63,977 nucleotides of DNA, filler included, from Sandaracinaceae bacterium (GCA_947483975.1; 13 parts of 13 records of this genome joined end to end with filler, not necessarily neighbours in it); one strand, 5' to 3'. Shown: positions 11,477 to 22,453, numbered from the whole stretch's first letter. A program made the numbers and translations. The notes: generated from the sequence alone by a model not told the origin.

Positions 11477-12430
11477 ATGAACTTCAAGAAGCTGCTCGTG
11501 TGTGCGGGTCTCGTCGGTGTGTCGGCGTTCGGTGTGGGCTGTGGAGGCGATGACACGACGCCCGTGACGCCAGACGGCGGCGGCCCGGTGTGCAACGCGG
11601 CGGCGCTCATGACGGGCACCACGCACACCTACGTCATCAACCTCCTCTCGATCGCGGGCCCCGAGGGCGACGCGGCTCCCTTCACCTCGGCGGGCTACAA
11701 CGTCGACCACGACGCGGTCGTCGCGTGCAACAGCCACGTCGTCGGCGAGACGGCTGAGTTCAACGGCCAGGCGCCGGACAACGGCTCGGGCATCGACAAC
11801 GCGCTCGGCGGCGACCTCGGCGGCCTCGCGAACGACTCCCTCCAGGGCAGCCTCGACGACGGCAGCGTGCTCCTCGTCGTCGAAGTCCGCGGCGTGGACG
11901 ACACCACGAACGACAGCTGCGTCGGCGTGACCTTCTACATCGGCAAGCTCCAGCCCGGCGTGACCGCGCCGATGGTCGACGGCATGGGCCACCTCGTCGC
12001 CGGTCAGACCTTCGACGTCACCACCGACTCCTTCGTCGACGGCGCCGGCGGGATGAACCCCGCCATCCGCTTCGACTCGTCGCGCATCGTCGGCGGCCGC
12101 CTCCAGGCGGGCCCGGCGAACTTCCCGCTCGCGCTCAACCTCCTCGGCGCCTCGCTCGCGCTCACGATCAAGGAGGCGCAGATCCGCTTCGACATCTCGC
12201 ACGAGACCATCTCGGCGGGCGTCCTCGGCGGCTACCTCAACACGCAGGAAGTCATCGACACCGTCAACGGCATCCCGAGCCTCGCGATGTACGCGGACGT
12301 CGTCGCCAGCACGCTGACCAGCCTCGCCGACATCGACGAGAACGCCAGCGCGGACAGCTGCGAGGCCGGCTCGATCGCGCTCAAGCTCAGCGGCGTCATG
12401 GCGACCCGCGGCAACGTCGTCGCCCCCTGA
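11477..12430 (+). CDS. Lipoprotein of unknown function
   Basis: RBS AGGA; MNFKKLLVCAGLVGVSAFGVGC lipoprotein signal followed by GGDD; strongly biased codons; downstream terminator. Confidence 0.85.
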   Translation: MNFKKLLVCAGLVGVSAFGVGCGGDDTTPVTPDGGGPVCNAAALMTGTTHTYVINLLSIAGPEGDAAPFTSAGYNVDHDAVVACNSHVVGETAEFNGQAPDNGSGIDNALGGDLGGLANDSLQGSLDDGSVLLVVEVRGVDDTTNDSCVGVTFYIGKLQPGVTAPMVDGMGHLVAGQTFDVTTDSFVDGAGGMNPAIRFDSSRIVGGRLQAGPANFPLALNLLGASLALTIKEAQIRFDISHETISAGVLGGYLNTQEVIDTVNGIPSLAMYADVVASTLTSLADIDENASADSCEAGSIALKLSGVMATRGNVVAP

Positions 12431-12489
12431 ACTGAGACGAGAGGCTCTGCCTCGACCCTCCGCGCCGGCGACGGCGTAGGGGACCAGCG

Positions 12490-12524
12490 AACGGGAGTCC
12501 CGCAAGGGGCTCCCGTTTTGCTTT
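12490..12524 (+). terminator. Intrinsic terminator
   Basis: AACGGGAGTCCC-GCAA-GGGGCTCCCGTT followed by TTGCTTT. Confidence 0.8.
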
Positions 12525-12691
12525 CCGTCGCGCGTGAAGCCGGGCCTCGAACGGGGGCTGCACACCGCGGCTCATCGGCCCCGATCTGTGGGCATCTGCG
12601 CCAATGCGCGCACCAAAGTGATCCCGAGAACCCAATTGACCGTTGCCACTCGGCATCGGAGCCCCGACAATCAGGCGCTCGGAGGCAGTGA

Positions 12692-15037
12692 ATGGGTATC
12701 CCGAGCCCCAGTGGGGGCGCGAAGCAACAGGGTGGCGGCGGTGGCGGACGTCCGCCGGAGCGCCTGATTCCGTTCGGCAAGTACCAGCTGCTCGAGCGCG
12801 TCAGCGTCGGCGGTATGGCGGAGGTCTTCAAGGCGAAGAGCTTCGGCATCGAGGGCTTCGAGAAGATCCTCGCGATCAAGCGAATCCTCCCCACGATGGC
12901 GGAGGACAACGACTTCATCGAGATGTTCATCGACGAGGCGAAGATCGCCGGTCAGCTGAACCACGCCAACATCTGCCCGATCTACGAGCTCGGGAAGGTC
13001 GGCGACTCGCACTACATCGCGATGGAGTTCGTCTGGGGCAAGGACCTGCTCCAGCTGATGAACCGCTTCCGCAAGATGCGAAAGCATATGCAGCCCGCGA
13101 TGGTCGCGTGGATCGGCGCGAAGGTCTGCGAGGGGCTCGACTACGCCCACAGAAAGCGCGATCGCAACGGCAACCCGATGAACATCATTCATCGGGATAT
13201 GTCGCCGCAGAACGTCCTCGTCTCGTACGAGGGGCAGGTCAAGGTCATCGACTTCGGCATCGCCAAGGCGGCCGCGCGCACGACCAAGACGCAGGCGGGC
13301 GTGCTCAAGGGCAAGTTCGGCTACATGAGCCCGGAGCAGGTGCGCGGGCTGCCTGTCGACGCGCGCAGTGACCTCTTCGCCATCGGCACTTGCTTGCACG
13401 AGATGTCGACGGGCGAGCGCCTGTTCCTCGGCGAGAGCGACTTCACGACGCTCGAGAAGGTGCGCAACGCGGACGTGCTGCCGCCGTCGCGCGCGATTCA
13501 GGATTTCCCGCCTGAGCTCGAGGCGATCATCATGAAGGCGCTGACGCTCGACGTCGCCGACCGCTGGACGAGCGCGGCGGAGATGCAGGAGGCGCTGCAG
13601 CGCTTCCTCGCAGCCCAGAAGCCGCCCTACGGCACCTCGAAGCTCGCCGCATGGATGAAGACCGCCTTCGCCGCGGAGCTCGCGACGGAGAAGGAGCGGA
13701 TGCAGGCGTATCAGACGGCGCCCGCCGCTGCGCCTGCGCCCGCCGCCCCTCGCCCCGCCGCTCCTCGCCCAGCGGCTGCACCGCCCGCTGCGGTGGCGCT
13801 CGGCCCGGACGGTCGCCCGCGCAAGTCGACCGCCCTCGGGCTCGGCGCGATGCCGGGGCCAAGCCCTGGACCGACGCTGCGACCGCCCTCGGCGAAGACG
13901 CCGTCGCCGAACAGCACGGCCGAGATCGACGCGTCCGACCTCGACTCCGTGGACGACGACGGCGCGGACGAGCTCGCCGGCGAGAAGACGATGGTCGGCT
14001 CGTCGCTGATGGACGAGATGGACGGCCCGCCGCCGCAGGAGCTGACCGAGCAGCCGACGCAGATCTTCTTCAGCGCCGACGAGCTCGAGGCCGAGTCGAT
14101 CGAGCCGATCCGGCCGGCGAACGCCACGGGCCCGCGGCCCGCGGTCAACTCGGGCGCCTCGGGGGTCGTCGTCTCGCAGTCCGCGGCGATCGGCTCGTCG
14201 CCGCAGCCGATGATGGCCACGCGGCAGCCGGTCTTCGGTGGGGCGTTGCCGCCGCCGAGGGCGTTGCCGCAGGGCGCACAGGCGCAGCCCGGCCAGCCCC
14301 AGTTCGGGCAGCCAGCCGCCGCGCAGCAGCAGTCCGGACAGCCGCAGTTCGGCCAGCCACCCGCCGCGCAGCAGCCCTACGGGCAGCCCCAGTTCGGCCA
14401 GCCACCCGCCGCGCAGCAGCCCTACGGGCAACCTCAGTTCGGCCAGCCCCAGGCGCCGCAACCTGCGTTCGGGCAGCCCCCGGCCGCACAGGCGCAGTTC
14501 GGGCAGCCCTCGGCGGGCGTGACCCCCGGCTTCGCGGCGCCTCCCTCGGCGACCGCGCAATACCCCGCACAGCCCGCGAAGCGCGGCTCCTCCGCGGGCA
14601 AGATGATCGGCCTCGGCCTCGTGGCCGTCGTGCTGCTCGCGGCGGGCGCGGGGCTCGCGGTCGCGGTGTTCGGTGGAACGCCCGCCGGAACCGTCGAGGT
14701 CCACACCGTCCCGACGGTCGCTGGCCAGATCTACGTCGACGGGACCCTGCGAGGGACGGCACCGCTGCGCCTCGACAACGTGCCCATCGGCGAGCACGCG
14801 ATCGAGGTCCGCGCGGACGGCTACTCGACCGCGGTGCGCAGCGTGACCGTCAGCGACGGCAACAGCGCCATGATGGAGATCGCCATGGTGGCGGCGAGCG
14901 CTCCGGCCGTCGCCGCTCAGCCGCTCGTCGCGCTCGCGGTCCCGGCCGCCCCGACGGGCGTCGTCGCTCCGCCCACGCCCGCACCGACGCCTGCCCCCAT
15001 CGCAGCCGCCATCGCCGCCGTCGTCCCGGCTCCTCCC
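12692..15037 (+). CDS. Membrane Ser/Thr protein kinase (Pkn type) with PEGA domain (3' truncated)
   Basis: GGMAEVF, AIK, HRDMSPQN, DFG, GKFGYMSPE; Pro/Gln linker; TM helix; PEGA-like IYVDG...G.H.IEVRADGY. Confidence 0.95.
14285..14510 (+). repeat. Coding repeat encoding (Q/A)FGQP/YGQP units, including a near-perfect 45-bp duplication
   Basis: 45-bp units at 14345-14389 and 14390-14434; 6 FGQP and 2 YGQP motifs. Confidence 0.9.
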
Positions 15038-15137
15038 NNNNNNNNNNNNNNNNNNNNNNNNNNNNNNNNNNNNNNNNNNNNTTAATTAATTAANNNNNNN
15101 NNNNNNNNNNNNNNNNNNNNNNNNNNNNNNNNNNNNN

Positions 15138-15338
15138 AATCCACGTCTCGTCGCCGATGCGCAGCGTGTTCTTGTAATAGCCCTTGAGGATCGTCTGATG
15201 GCCGACGTAGACGTTGCGCCCGAGGTGCACGTTCTCCGGGTGAAACACCAGGACGCCCTCCTCGAGCACGCAGTCCTCGCCGAGCGACGCGAAGTCCTCC
15301 GAGCGGACGCTGCCGGTCCCGTGCGTGCGATGGCGCAT
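15138..15338 (-). CDS. Hexapeptide-repeat acyltransferase, N-terminal part (3' truncated)
   Basis: LGEDCV, LGRNVY and IGDETW left-handed beta-helix repeats. Confidence 0.75.
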
Positions 15339-15420
15339 GGCGGGCGTTGTCGCACGAAACAGCGTCACCGTCAGCGGATGGTCCAGGCGGCCGACTCCGG
15401 TGTACGCTCCAGTCCACGAT

Positions 15421-18400
15421 ATGCTTCCAGCTCAGGTTCAAGATGCGCTGGCCGTGCTCTCGTCCGAACTGGCCGACGCCGAACCGGCTGGCGCGGGGGC
15501 TGTTCGCGGCGCGCTCCACGCCAGATGGCGGAGCCAGGTCAGCGGGGAAGGGGGGCCGCTCTCCGCGGGCGCGCGTGCGGCCGCAGACATCATCGACCGC
15601 GCGCTGCCGGCGCTGACTCGCTCGGCGAGCGGCGTGGGGGATCTCGGGCTGCTCTTCGGCGGGCCTCCGGGCGACGTCGTGTTCCTCTGGTGCGCCGCCA
15701 GCGTCGCGCGGCGTGACGCGCGCCTCGCTCGTTTGCTCGCGCTCGCCCTCGCCGCGGAGGAACCGAGCCTCCGCGATCGGGTGGTCGACGTCGTGCGCGA
15801 CCGGGTCGTGCAGGGTCCGCTGCAGGATGCGCTCGCGTGTGCGCCGCTCCTCGGCACGGGGGACCAGGTCGCGCTCCCGGAGAACGCGCAGGCCCGCGCG
15901 CGCCTGGAGATCTTGCTCTGGGAGGCGGGAGCCAGCGCGCTCGCCGTACCCGAGCTCGGCGCTTGGCTGTGGGGCTCCGAGAAGACCTTCGACGCCATGA
16001 TCGCCGGGCCCGCGCATGGCTCGCTGCGCGGTCGAGTGCTCGCCGCGCGCTGCCTCGAGGTCTGCGTGCGCGGGATGCCGCCGATGACGGATCCGCGGCT
16101 GAAGGGCCGCACTCTCCAGGTCTTGCAGCCGCTGCTGCTGCACCCTGAGCCGCTCGTCTGGGTGCACGCCGCGCGCGCGCTCGGCCGTATGACCGGCTCG
16201 ATGGAGGAGCTCGAGGGGATGTTGCTCGATTGGGTGCGTGGCGAGTCCCCGGTGCTGCGTCAGCGCGCGCTGACGGCGTTCGCCTCGCTGCCCGCCGAGC
16301 GCCTCAAGTTCTTCGGCAGCGAGCTCACCGCGATGCTCGACGCGCCGCACGCGGAGGCGTGGGTCCTCGCGGCTGCGGCTGCAGCGACGCCCTACCTCTT
16401 CTCCGAGAATCGGCCCGCGTGGGACCGCCTCGCGGCCCGCATCCTCCAGGGAGATGGCGGCGCCGTCTCCGCGCGCGCGCTGGCCCGCGGGCTCGCGACG
16501 CTGTGGCGGCGAGGGACGCAGCAGAGCACGGTCGAGGCGCCGATGAGGCAGCTGCGCGAGCTGGCCCGCCGCACGCGCGTCGACGCCTTCGACGAGTGTC
16601 GCCGCTGGCTCGAGGTCCTCGCCGTCACGGACCCGATCGACGGCGCCGAGCGCGACCCGCTCGACCTCGAGCTCGGGCTCGAGAACCTCGTGCGCCTCGC
16701 CGCGCAGTTCGACGACGAGGAGGCCGACGCGCGGGCGGCGCGCTTCGCCGATGCGCTCGGTCCGACGTTCGTCGAGGCGCGGCGAGTGGCGCTCGGTGGC
16801 GGCTCCCTGCGGCATCGCGCCGCGGCGCTCAACGCCTTCGAGGGCTGCGCGCGCGCGCTGGCGCTTCGCCTGTGGGGCCCGCTCCTCGACACTCGCCCCG
16901 AGGGCAATCCCGTCGAGCAGCCGAACCTCGACGAGACCTGGTCGCTCGTCGCGCGCGCGCCCGAGCTGCTGCTCGATGTGGTGCGTGAGCGGCGCCAGTC
17001 GGCGGACGCGAGCGCCCATGATCCGCAGGTCGAGCTCGCGCTCGAGGTCCTCGCGCTGCGGCTCGGCGGCTACGCGCTCGACGCGTGCGGCGAGGAGCCC
17101 GACTTCGGCCCGGGGCGAGGCCCTACCGCGCACGCGACCTGCCTCTGGCTGCGCAAGCTGGACGGGCTCGCGGACGGCTCGCGTGAGCTGCCGGAGCCCC
17201 TGAAGAACGCGTTGAGCGCGCTGTTTTGGCGCCTCGTCGACACGACGCGCGGCACGGCGCTCGGCGAGGTCGACGATGTGCGCTGGCTCGGCCCGTTCGC
17301 CGCTTGGTGGGCGCTCGTCATCGACCGCCCCGCGATGCTGCTCTCGATCGCGACGGCGCTGCCGATGATCACCGAGGGCGTGCTCGAGAAGTGCTGCGCG
17401 CAGGCGGAGGTCATCCGGACCACCGTCGCGTCGGGCGCAGCCGACGGCGCCTGGGGCGCTGCCGCAGAGGCCGCGCTGAAGGCGCTGCACGCCGACGACA
17501 CCGAGCTCGCGCAGGCGCTGAGCGGGCTCGCGACGGGGCTCGAGAAGTTCGGCGCGGTGGCCGGCTCCAAGCCGAACCTCGAGGCGATGTGCCTGCAGCT
17601 CGTGCTCGCCGCCGAGCGGGTGCAGGGAGCGCTCGCCGACCCGGTCAAGGCGCTCCATCCCGCGACGCGGCTCAGCGTCGAGGACTCGCTCTCTCGCGCC
17701 GCGACTGAAAACGCTCCGCGCATCGCGGCGCTGATCGCGCGCTCGATCCGCTCGCGCGAGCTCTCGATGCTCGAGGTGTGGTTCACCTCGCTCGGCCCGG
17801 TGTCCTCGGGCCTCGTCGAGGCGGCCGTGCTCGGGGCGGTGCGCCGCACGCCTCCGCCCCCGCCCGTCAAGAAGAAGCCCGTCCTTCAGCAGATCGAGGG
17901 CTACGAGCTCCTGAAGCCGATCGGCGAGGGCGGCATCGGCACCGTGTGGCTCGTCCGCAAGCCCGGCGCGGACCGCCTCTTCGTGCTCAAGATCCCGAAG
18001 GCCGACGCCCTCGAGCGCGCGACCGAGAGCGAGCGCGCGGGCATCCTCGCGTCGTTCGTCGAGGAGGCCAAGGCGCTCGCCGGGCTCTATCACCCGAACG
18101 TCGCCAACATCTTCGAGCGCGGCGTCTCGAACGGCGCGCCGTTCCTCGTGCTCGAGCTGCTGATCGGCGCGGATCTGCAGGAGTACGCGACGGCGCGCTT
18201 GATGTCGCTCTTCGAGCTGCGGCAGGTCGTGCTCGAGTCGTGCGCAGGGCTCGCCGCGCTGCACGGCGCCGGGCTCGTGCATCGCGACATCAAGCCCGCG
18301 AACCTCTGGCTGCGCCTGCCGCTCTCGGGCGGCGAGAAATTCGATCCTCAGAAGCACCGCGATCCTGCGCGCACGCCGCCGCTCGCGACGGTCGTCATCG

Positions 18401-18765
18401 ACTTCGGCATGGTCCGCGCGATGCGCGTCGCGGCAGACGCGTCGGGGCGCTTCGTCGCCGGCACGCCGGGCTTCATCGCGCCCGAGCAAGTGCTCGACCC
18501 GGTCGAGCTCGATGGGCGTGCGGACCTCTACGCGCTCGCGGGGACGATCTACGCGGTGACGACGGGGCGCAAATTCTTCGACGAGATCGAGTCGCCGCGC
18601 GACCGCATCATCGCGCACATGCACCGCGACCCGCTCGAGGACGCCGAGCGGCTCAAGTCCTATCCGGCGGCGCTCGTGAAGCTGATGCGCGCGGCGACCG
18701 AGCGGAACCCGAAGGACCGCCCATTCCCCCTGGAATTCGGCCGCGAATTCGTCGCAGCGCTATGA
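15421..18765 (+). CDS. Large Ser/Thr kinase with N-terminal helical (HEAT-like) region and C-terminal kinase domain
   Basis: GEGGIG, VLK, HRDIKPAN, DFG and GTPGFIAPE near the C-terminus; HEAT-like HPEPLVWVHAARALG and SPVLRQRALTAF upstream; no TM helix seen. Confidence 0.9.
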   Translation: MLPAQVQDALAVLSSELADAEPAGAGAVRGALHARWRSQVSGEGGPLSAGARAAADIIDRALPALTRSASGVGDLGLLFGGPPGDVVFLWCAASVARRDARLARLLALALAAEEPSLRDRVVDVVRDRVVQGPLQDALACAPLLGTGDQVALPENAQARARLEILLWEAGASALAVPELGAWLWGSEKTFDAMIAGPAHGSLRGRVLAARCLEVCVRGMPPMTDPRLKGRTLQVLQPLLLHPEPLVWVHAARALGRMTGSMEELEGMLLDWVRGESPVLRQRALTAFASLPAERLKFFGSELTAMLDAPHAEAWVLAAAAAATPYLFSENRPAWDRLAARILQGDGGAVSARALARGLATLWRRGTQQSTVEAPMRQLRELARRTRVDAFDECRRWLEVLAVTDPIDGAERDPLDLELGLENLVRLAAQFDDEEADARAARFADALGPTFVEARRVALGGGSLRHRAAALNAFEGCARALALRLWGPLLDTRPEGNPVEQPNLDETWSLVARAPELLLDVVRERRQSADASAHDPQVELALEVLALRLGGYALDACGEEPDFGPGRGPTAHATCLWLRKLDGLADGSRELPEPLKNALSALFWRLVDTTRGTALGEVDDVRWLGPFAAWWALVIDRPAMLLSIATALPMITEGVLEKCCAQAEVIRTTVASGAADGAWGAAAEAALKALHADDTELAQALSGLATGLEKFGAVAGSKPNLEAMCLQLVLAAERVQGALADPVKALHPATRLSVEDSLSRAATENAPRIAALIARSIRSRELSMLEVWFTSLGPVSSGLVEAAVLGAVRRTPPPPPVKKKPVLQQIEGYELLKPIGEGGIGTVWLVRKPGADRLFVLKIPKADALERATESERAGILASFVEEAKALAGLYHPNVANIFERGVSNGAPFLVLELLIGADLQEYATARLMSLFELRQVVLESCAGLAALHGAGLVHRDIKPANLWLRLPLSGGEKFDPQKHRDPARTPPLATVVIDFGMVRAMRVAADASGRFVAGTPGFIAPEQVLDPVELDGRADLYALAGTIYAVTTGRKFFDEIESPRDRIIAHMHRDPLEDAERLKSYPAALVKLMRAATERNPKDRPFPLEFGREFVAAL

Positions 18766-19739
18766 GCGCCGCGCGCCTCGACACGAGCCATCCGTCCATC
18801 GTCGAGATGCTCGGGCTCTCTCCGCCGCGGGCTCGCCTGCGGGAGGCGCTCATCGCGCTGCGCGGGGCGCCCGGCGTGCCGCCTTCGCGCTTCGACGTGA
18901 GCAGCTTGGCGATGCTCGATCCTCGCCTCGCGCTCCCGCTCTGGCGCGGGCGCTTCGCCGTGCCGCGCCGCGCGATCCTCACGCGCCTCTTCAACCATCG
19001 GCAGACGCCCGTCGAGGCGGGTTGGTCCGTGCGGCGTACTCAGGTCGAGGACTTCCGCGGGCGCGGGCTCACCTACGACAGCCACAACGGGACCGACTTC
19101 TGCGTGCCCGTCGGCACGGTGCTGCTCGCCGCCGCGTCGGGCGTCGTCGCGCGCGTCTGGACCGAGTTCAACCGCGGGGGACTCAAGGTCGCGATCGATC
19201 ACGGCGGCGGGCTCTTCACGGCGTCGGCCCACCTCGCTCGCGCGTTCGTGCGCGCGGGCGACGGGGTGCGGGCGGGCGACCCCGTGGCCCTCACGGGATA
19301 CAGCGGACTCGATGGCTTCTCGACGTTTCCCTGGGGCGTTCCGCACGTTCATTACAACGTCTGGCTCGACGGCGCCGCGGTGGACCCGTTCGCCCGCGCC
19401 GGTGAGGTGAGCCTCTGGCGCGGCGCGACGCCGAGCCCGTTCGACGCGCTGCGGGCGTCGGCCGACGACGGGCCGGCTCCGTCAGCCGACGACTTCGACG
19501 CCGCGCGCATCGACGCGGTGCTCGCGGCGTGCGTCCACGCGGAGACGCGCGCGCACGTCGAGGGGCTCGCCGGGCAGGAGCAGCGCGGGCGCTTCCTCGT
19601 CGCCGAGATGGCGTACTACCCGACGCGCTTCCCCGACCGACGTTCGATCTTCCGCGCTTCGCACGCGCGCAGCGAGCGCCTCTCGATGCCGTTCTCGGTG
19701 AGCGACTTCGACGGCGTCGTGTTTCGCGACGAGCTCTGA
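18762..19739 (+). CDS. M23 family metallopeptidase
   Basis: HNGTD (HxxxD) and PHVH (HxH) motifs; ATGA overlap with the kinase stop codon; no evident signal peptide. Confidence 0.9.
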   Translation: MSAARLDTSHPSIVEMLGLSPPRARLREALIALRGAPGVPPSRFDVSSLAMLDPRLALPLWRGRFAVPRRAILTRLFNHRQTPVEAGWSVRRTQVEDFRGRGLTYDSHNGTDFCVPVGTVLLAAASGVVARVWTEFNRGGLKVAIDHGGGLFTASAHLARAFVRAGDGVRAGDPVALTGYSGLDGFSTFPWGVPHVHYNVWLDGAAVDPFARAGEVSLWRGATPSPFDALRASADDGPAPSADDFDAARIDAVLAACVHAETRAHVEGLAGQEQRGRFLVAEMAYYPTRFPDRRSIFRASHARSERLSMPFSVSDFDGVVFRDEL

Positions 19740-19747
19740 GGCGCGGA

Positions 19748-20072
19748 CTACGGCCGCCCGCCGGCCTCTGGGAGGCCTAGCTCGGCGGCCTTCGCCGCGT
19801 AGGCGCGGGCCGCGTCGGGTGAGCCTGAGGCCTGCAGCAGGGCCCCCGCGAGAAAGAGCGCGCGCCGCGGGTCGCCGAGCGCGACCTGCGCGCGCCACTC
19901 CGGTAGCTCACCGCGGAGCGGCTCGGCCGAAGCGACCGCCCGTGGATCGACGCGCACCTGTCCGGGGCGCTGTGCCGGCGGGACGCCCGCGAGAAACGCG
20001 TGCAGCGCGGCCGCCGGGCGCCCGAGGCGCCAGAGGACCTCGCCGCGCGTGACGGCGACGTCGGCGAGCGCG
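19748..20072 (-). CDS. Hypothetical protein, C-terminal fragment (TPR-like)
   Basis: Open frame to the contig end; RALFLAGALLQASG...AARAYA helix pair. Confidence 0.4.
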
Positions 20073-20246
20073 NNNNNNNNNNNNNNNNNNNNNNNNNNNN
20101 NNNNNNNNNNNNNNNNTTAATTAATTAANNNNNNNNNNNNNNNNNNNNNNNNNNNNNNNNNNNNNNNNNNNNCGCCGCGCGCGCGAAGGCCGCGACCTCG
20201 CTGATGGCCAAGGGCATCTACGGCGGCGAGGCGGAGCCCGACTGAC

Positions 20247-20726
20247 TCAGGCGGCGCTGCGCGTCCGCAGCGCGAGCGCGCAGACGCCGAGCGAGCCGAG
20301 CCCGACGGCGACGAGCACCGGCAGCAGCGGCGCGCCGAACATGAAGGTGAAGGTCGCGAGCACGCACGGGATCTGCGGCACGCTCGCCGCGACCATGAAC
20401 GCGCTCAGCTCCGCGCGCTCCCGCTCGGCTGGCAGCGCGCGCCTCTCGGCCGGCAAGCGCGCGAGCGCCCGCGCCGCGAGCATCGCGTGCAGCGCCCAGC
20501 CGACGAGCGTCATCGCGAGCGCGAGCAGACCGAGGGCCCACGCGACGGGCGTCAGCAGCGGGCGCAGGAAGCCGCGCACGAGCTCGAAGTCGTCGCCCAT
20601 CAAGAGCGGAAACAGCAGCTTGCGAAACAGCGTCTCGAAGCCGAGCGCGAGCGGCGCGGCGAGGGTCGTCACCGCGACGAGGAAGCGCTTGCCTTGCCGA
20701 GCGGCACTTTGCGGCGGCGTGCTCAC
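20247..20726 (-). CDS. Hypothetical membrane protein
   Basis: About 4 hydrophobic segments, GC3-biased codons, divergent from gloB. Confidence 0.65.
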   Translation of the reverse strand: MSTPPQSAARQGKRFLVAVTTLAAPLALGFETLFRKLLFPLLMGDDFELVRGFLRPLLTPVAWALGLLALAMTLVGWALHAMLAARALARLPAERRALPAERERAELSAFMVAASVPQIPCVLATFTFMFGAPLLPVLVAVGLGSLGVCALALRTRSAA

Positions 20727-20757
20727 GCGGCGAGAGCTTACAGCGTATCGTTCGGGC

Positions 20758-21537
20758 ATGGCGCTTCATGTCGAGCCGTTGCCGCTCCACCACGACAACT
20801 ACGCGTACCTCCTGATCGACGACGTGCAGGCGCAGGCCGTCGTCCTCGATCCGACCGAGGGCGCGCCGGTGCTCGCCTCCCTGAGCGCGCGCGGGCTGCG
20901 GCTGACGGCGATCTGGTGCACGCACCATCACCCCGATCACGTCGGCGGCATCGACGCGCTCGCCGCAGCGGTGCCCCGCGTGGAGGTCGTCGCGAGCGTC
21001 CACGATCAGAAGGGAGCGCGCGTACCGCGGCAGACGCGCGCCGTCGACGAGGGCGACACGCTCGAGTTCGCGGACGTCGCGTTTCACGTGATGGCGGTGC
21101 CCGGGCACACGCTCGGCGCGCTCGCGTACGTCGGCGGCGGGCAGGCGTTCACGGGCGACACGCTGTTCCTCGGGGGCTGCGGGCGGCTCTTCGAGGGCAC
21201 GGCGGCGCAGCTGCTCGACTCGCTCGACGCGCTCGCCGCGCTGCCTGCCGCGACGCGGCTCTGGGTGGGGCACGAGTACACCGTGAGGAACCTGGAATTC
21301 GCGCGCCTCGTCGAGCCGAAGAACGCCATCATCGAGGCCCGCCTCGAGGCGGCGCGCGCGCTCCGCGACGCCGGGCACGCGTCGGTGCCGGGCACCCTCG
21401 CGGAGGAGCACGCGAGCAACCCGTTCTTGCGCACGCGCGCGGCCGAGGTGCGCGAGTTTGCCTCGAAGAACGGGGCCGAGAGCGACGCGCCCGCGCACAT
21501 CCTCGCCGCGCTCAGACGGGCGAAGGACCGGTTCTGA
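20758..21537 (+). CDS. gloB: Hydroxyacylglutathione hydrolase (glyoxalase II)
   Basis: DNYAYLL, THHHPDHVGG, PGHT, FTGDTLFLGGCGR, GHEYT and NPFLR. Confidence 0.95.
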   Translation: MALHVEPLPLHHDNYAYLLIDDVQAQAVVLDPTEGAPVLASLSARGLRLTAIWCTHHHPDHVGGIDALAAAVPRVEVVASVHDQKGARVPRQTRAVDEGDTLEFADVAFHVMAVPGHTLGALAYVGGGQAFTGDTLFLGGCGRLFEGTAAQLLDSLDALAALPAATRLWVGHEYTVRNLEFARLVEPKNAIIEARLEAARALRDAGHASVPGTLAEEHASNPFLRTRAAEVREFASKNGAESDAPAHILAALRRAKDRF

Positions 21538-22438
21538 AGGCGCTCCCGGGGCGCACGATGGAGCCCGCGCCAAGGCGCCAGTCGTAGGCGACCACGAGCG
21601 CGACGACGAGCGCCGTCGCCACCTGCCACGCGAGGCCGAGCGGACCGACGACGAGCGTCGCGCCGCCGCGCAGAAACAGCAGCGGCACGCCGGCGAGGGC
21701 GTTGAGCGTGCCGTGCGTGATCGCCGCCGCGATCGTCGAACCCGTGCGCGCGCGGACCCACGTGAAGAGCGGCGCGGCGAGCACGCACCACAGGACCGTC
21801 AGCGCGAGGTTCACGCCGACGTTCGGCGTGATGGCGTTGTGCCCGAGGAGCACGAGCGGCGTGTGCCACGCGCCCCAGAGCAGCCCCGTGACGAGCGAGG
21901 TGCGCCAGAACGAGCCCTCGAAGACGGCGTAGAGATAGCCGCGCCAGCCCGCCTCTTCGCCGAGGGCGGCGAGCGCGTTGACGGTCAGCCCCGCGAGGAG
22001 CGCCTGCCCCGTCGCGAGGAACCACGGCGGGAGCGCAGCCTCCGCGCGCTGCCGCTCGAACTCCGCGCGCTGCGCGGCGCTGAGCACCGGCGCCATGCGC
22101 TCGGCGAAGCCCGCCATGTCGAGCGAGAAGCCGACGCCGGGCACGCAGAGCGCGAGGGCGAGCGCGATGCCCGCCGCGAGCAGCGGCAGCAGCCACGCCG
22201 CGGCGTAGTAGCGATTCGGCCGAAAGCGCAGCGCGAGCACCGGCCGCACCGGCAGCCTCCAGCCCCACTTGGTCAGCGCCGCGCCGACGAGCAGCGGCGT
22301 CCACATGAACGTCACGCCGAGCACCAGCATCGCCGGGCCCTCGTAGCGCCCGCCGAGCAGCGCGAAGCCGAGCGCGAGCGAAGCGTCGAGCCCGAACGTA
22401 CCGAAGAGAAACAGCCCGAGGGCGTGCGCGCGCGGCAT
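21512..22438 (-). CDS. CPBP/Abi intramembrane metalloprotease
   Basis: ALGEEAGWRGY, LLWGAWH and AAITHGTLN. Confidence 0.9.
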   Translation of the reverse strand: MPRAHALGLFLFGTFGLDASLALGFALLGGRYEGPAMLVLGVTFMWTPLLVGAALTKWGWRLPVRPVLALRFRPNRYYAAAWLLPLLAAGIALALALCVPGVGFSLDMAGFAERMAPVLSAAQRAEFERQRAEAALPPWFLATGQALLAGLTVNALAALGEEAGWRGYLYAVFEGSFWRTSLVTGLLWGAWHTPLVLLGHNAITPNVGVNLALTVLWCVLAAPLFTWVRARTGSTIAAAITHGTLNALAGVPLLFLRGGATLVVGPLGLAWQVATALVVALVVAYDWRLGAGSIVRPGSAFRTGPSPV

Positions 22439-22453
22439 CGGAGGCGACGAGGC

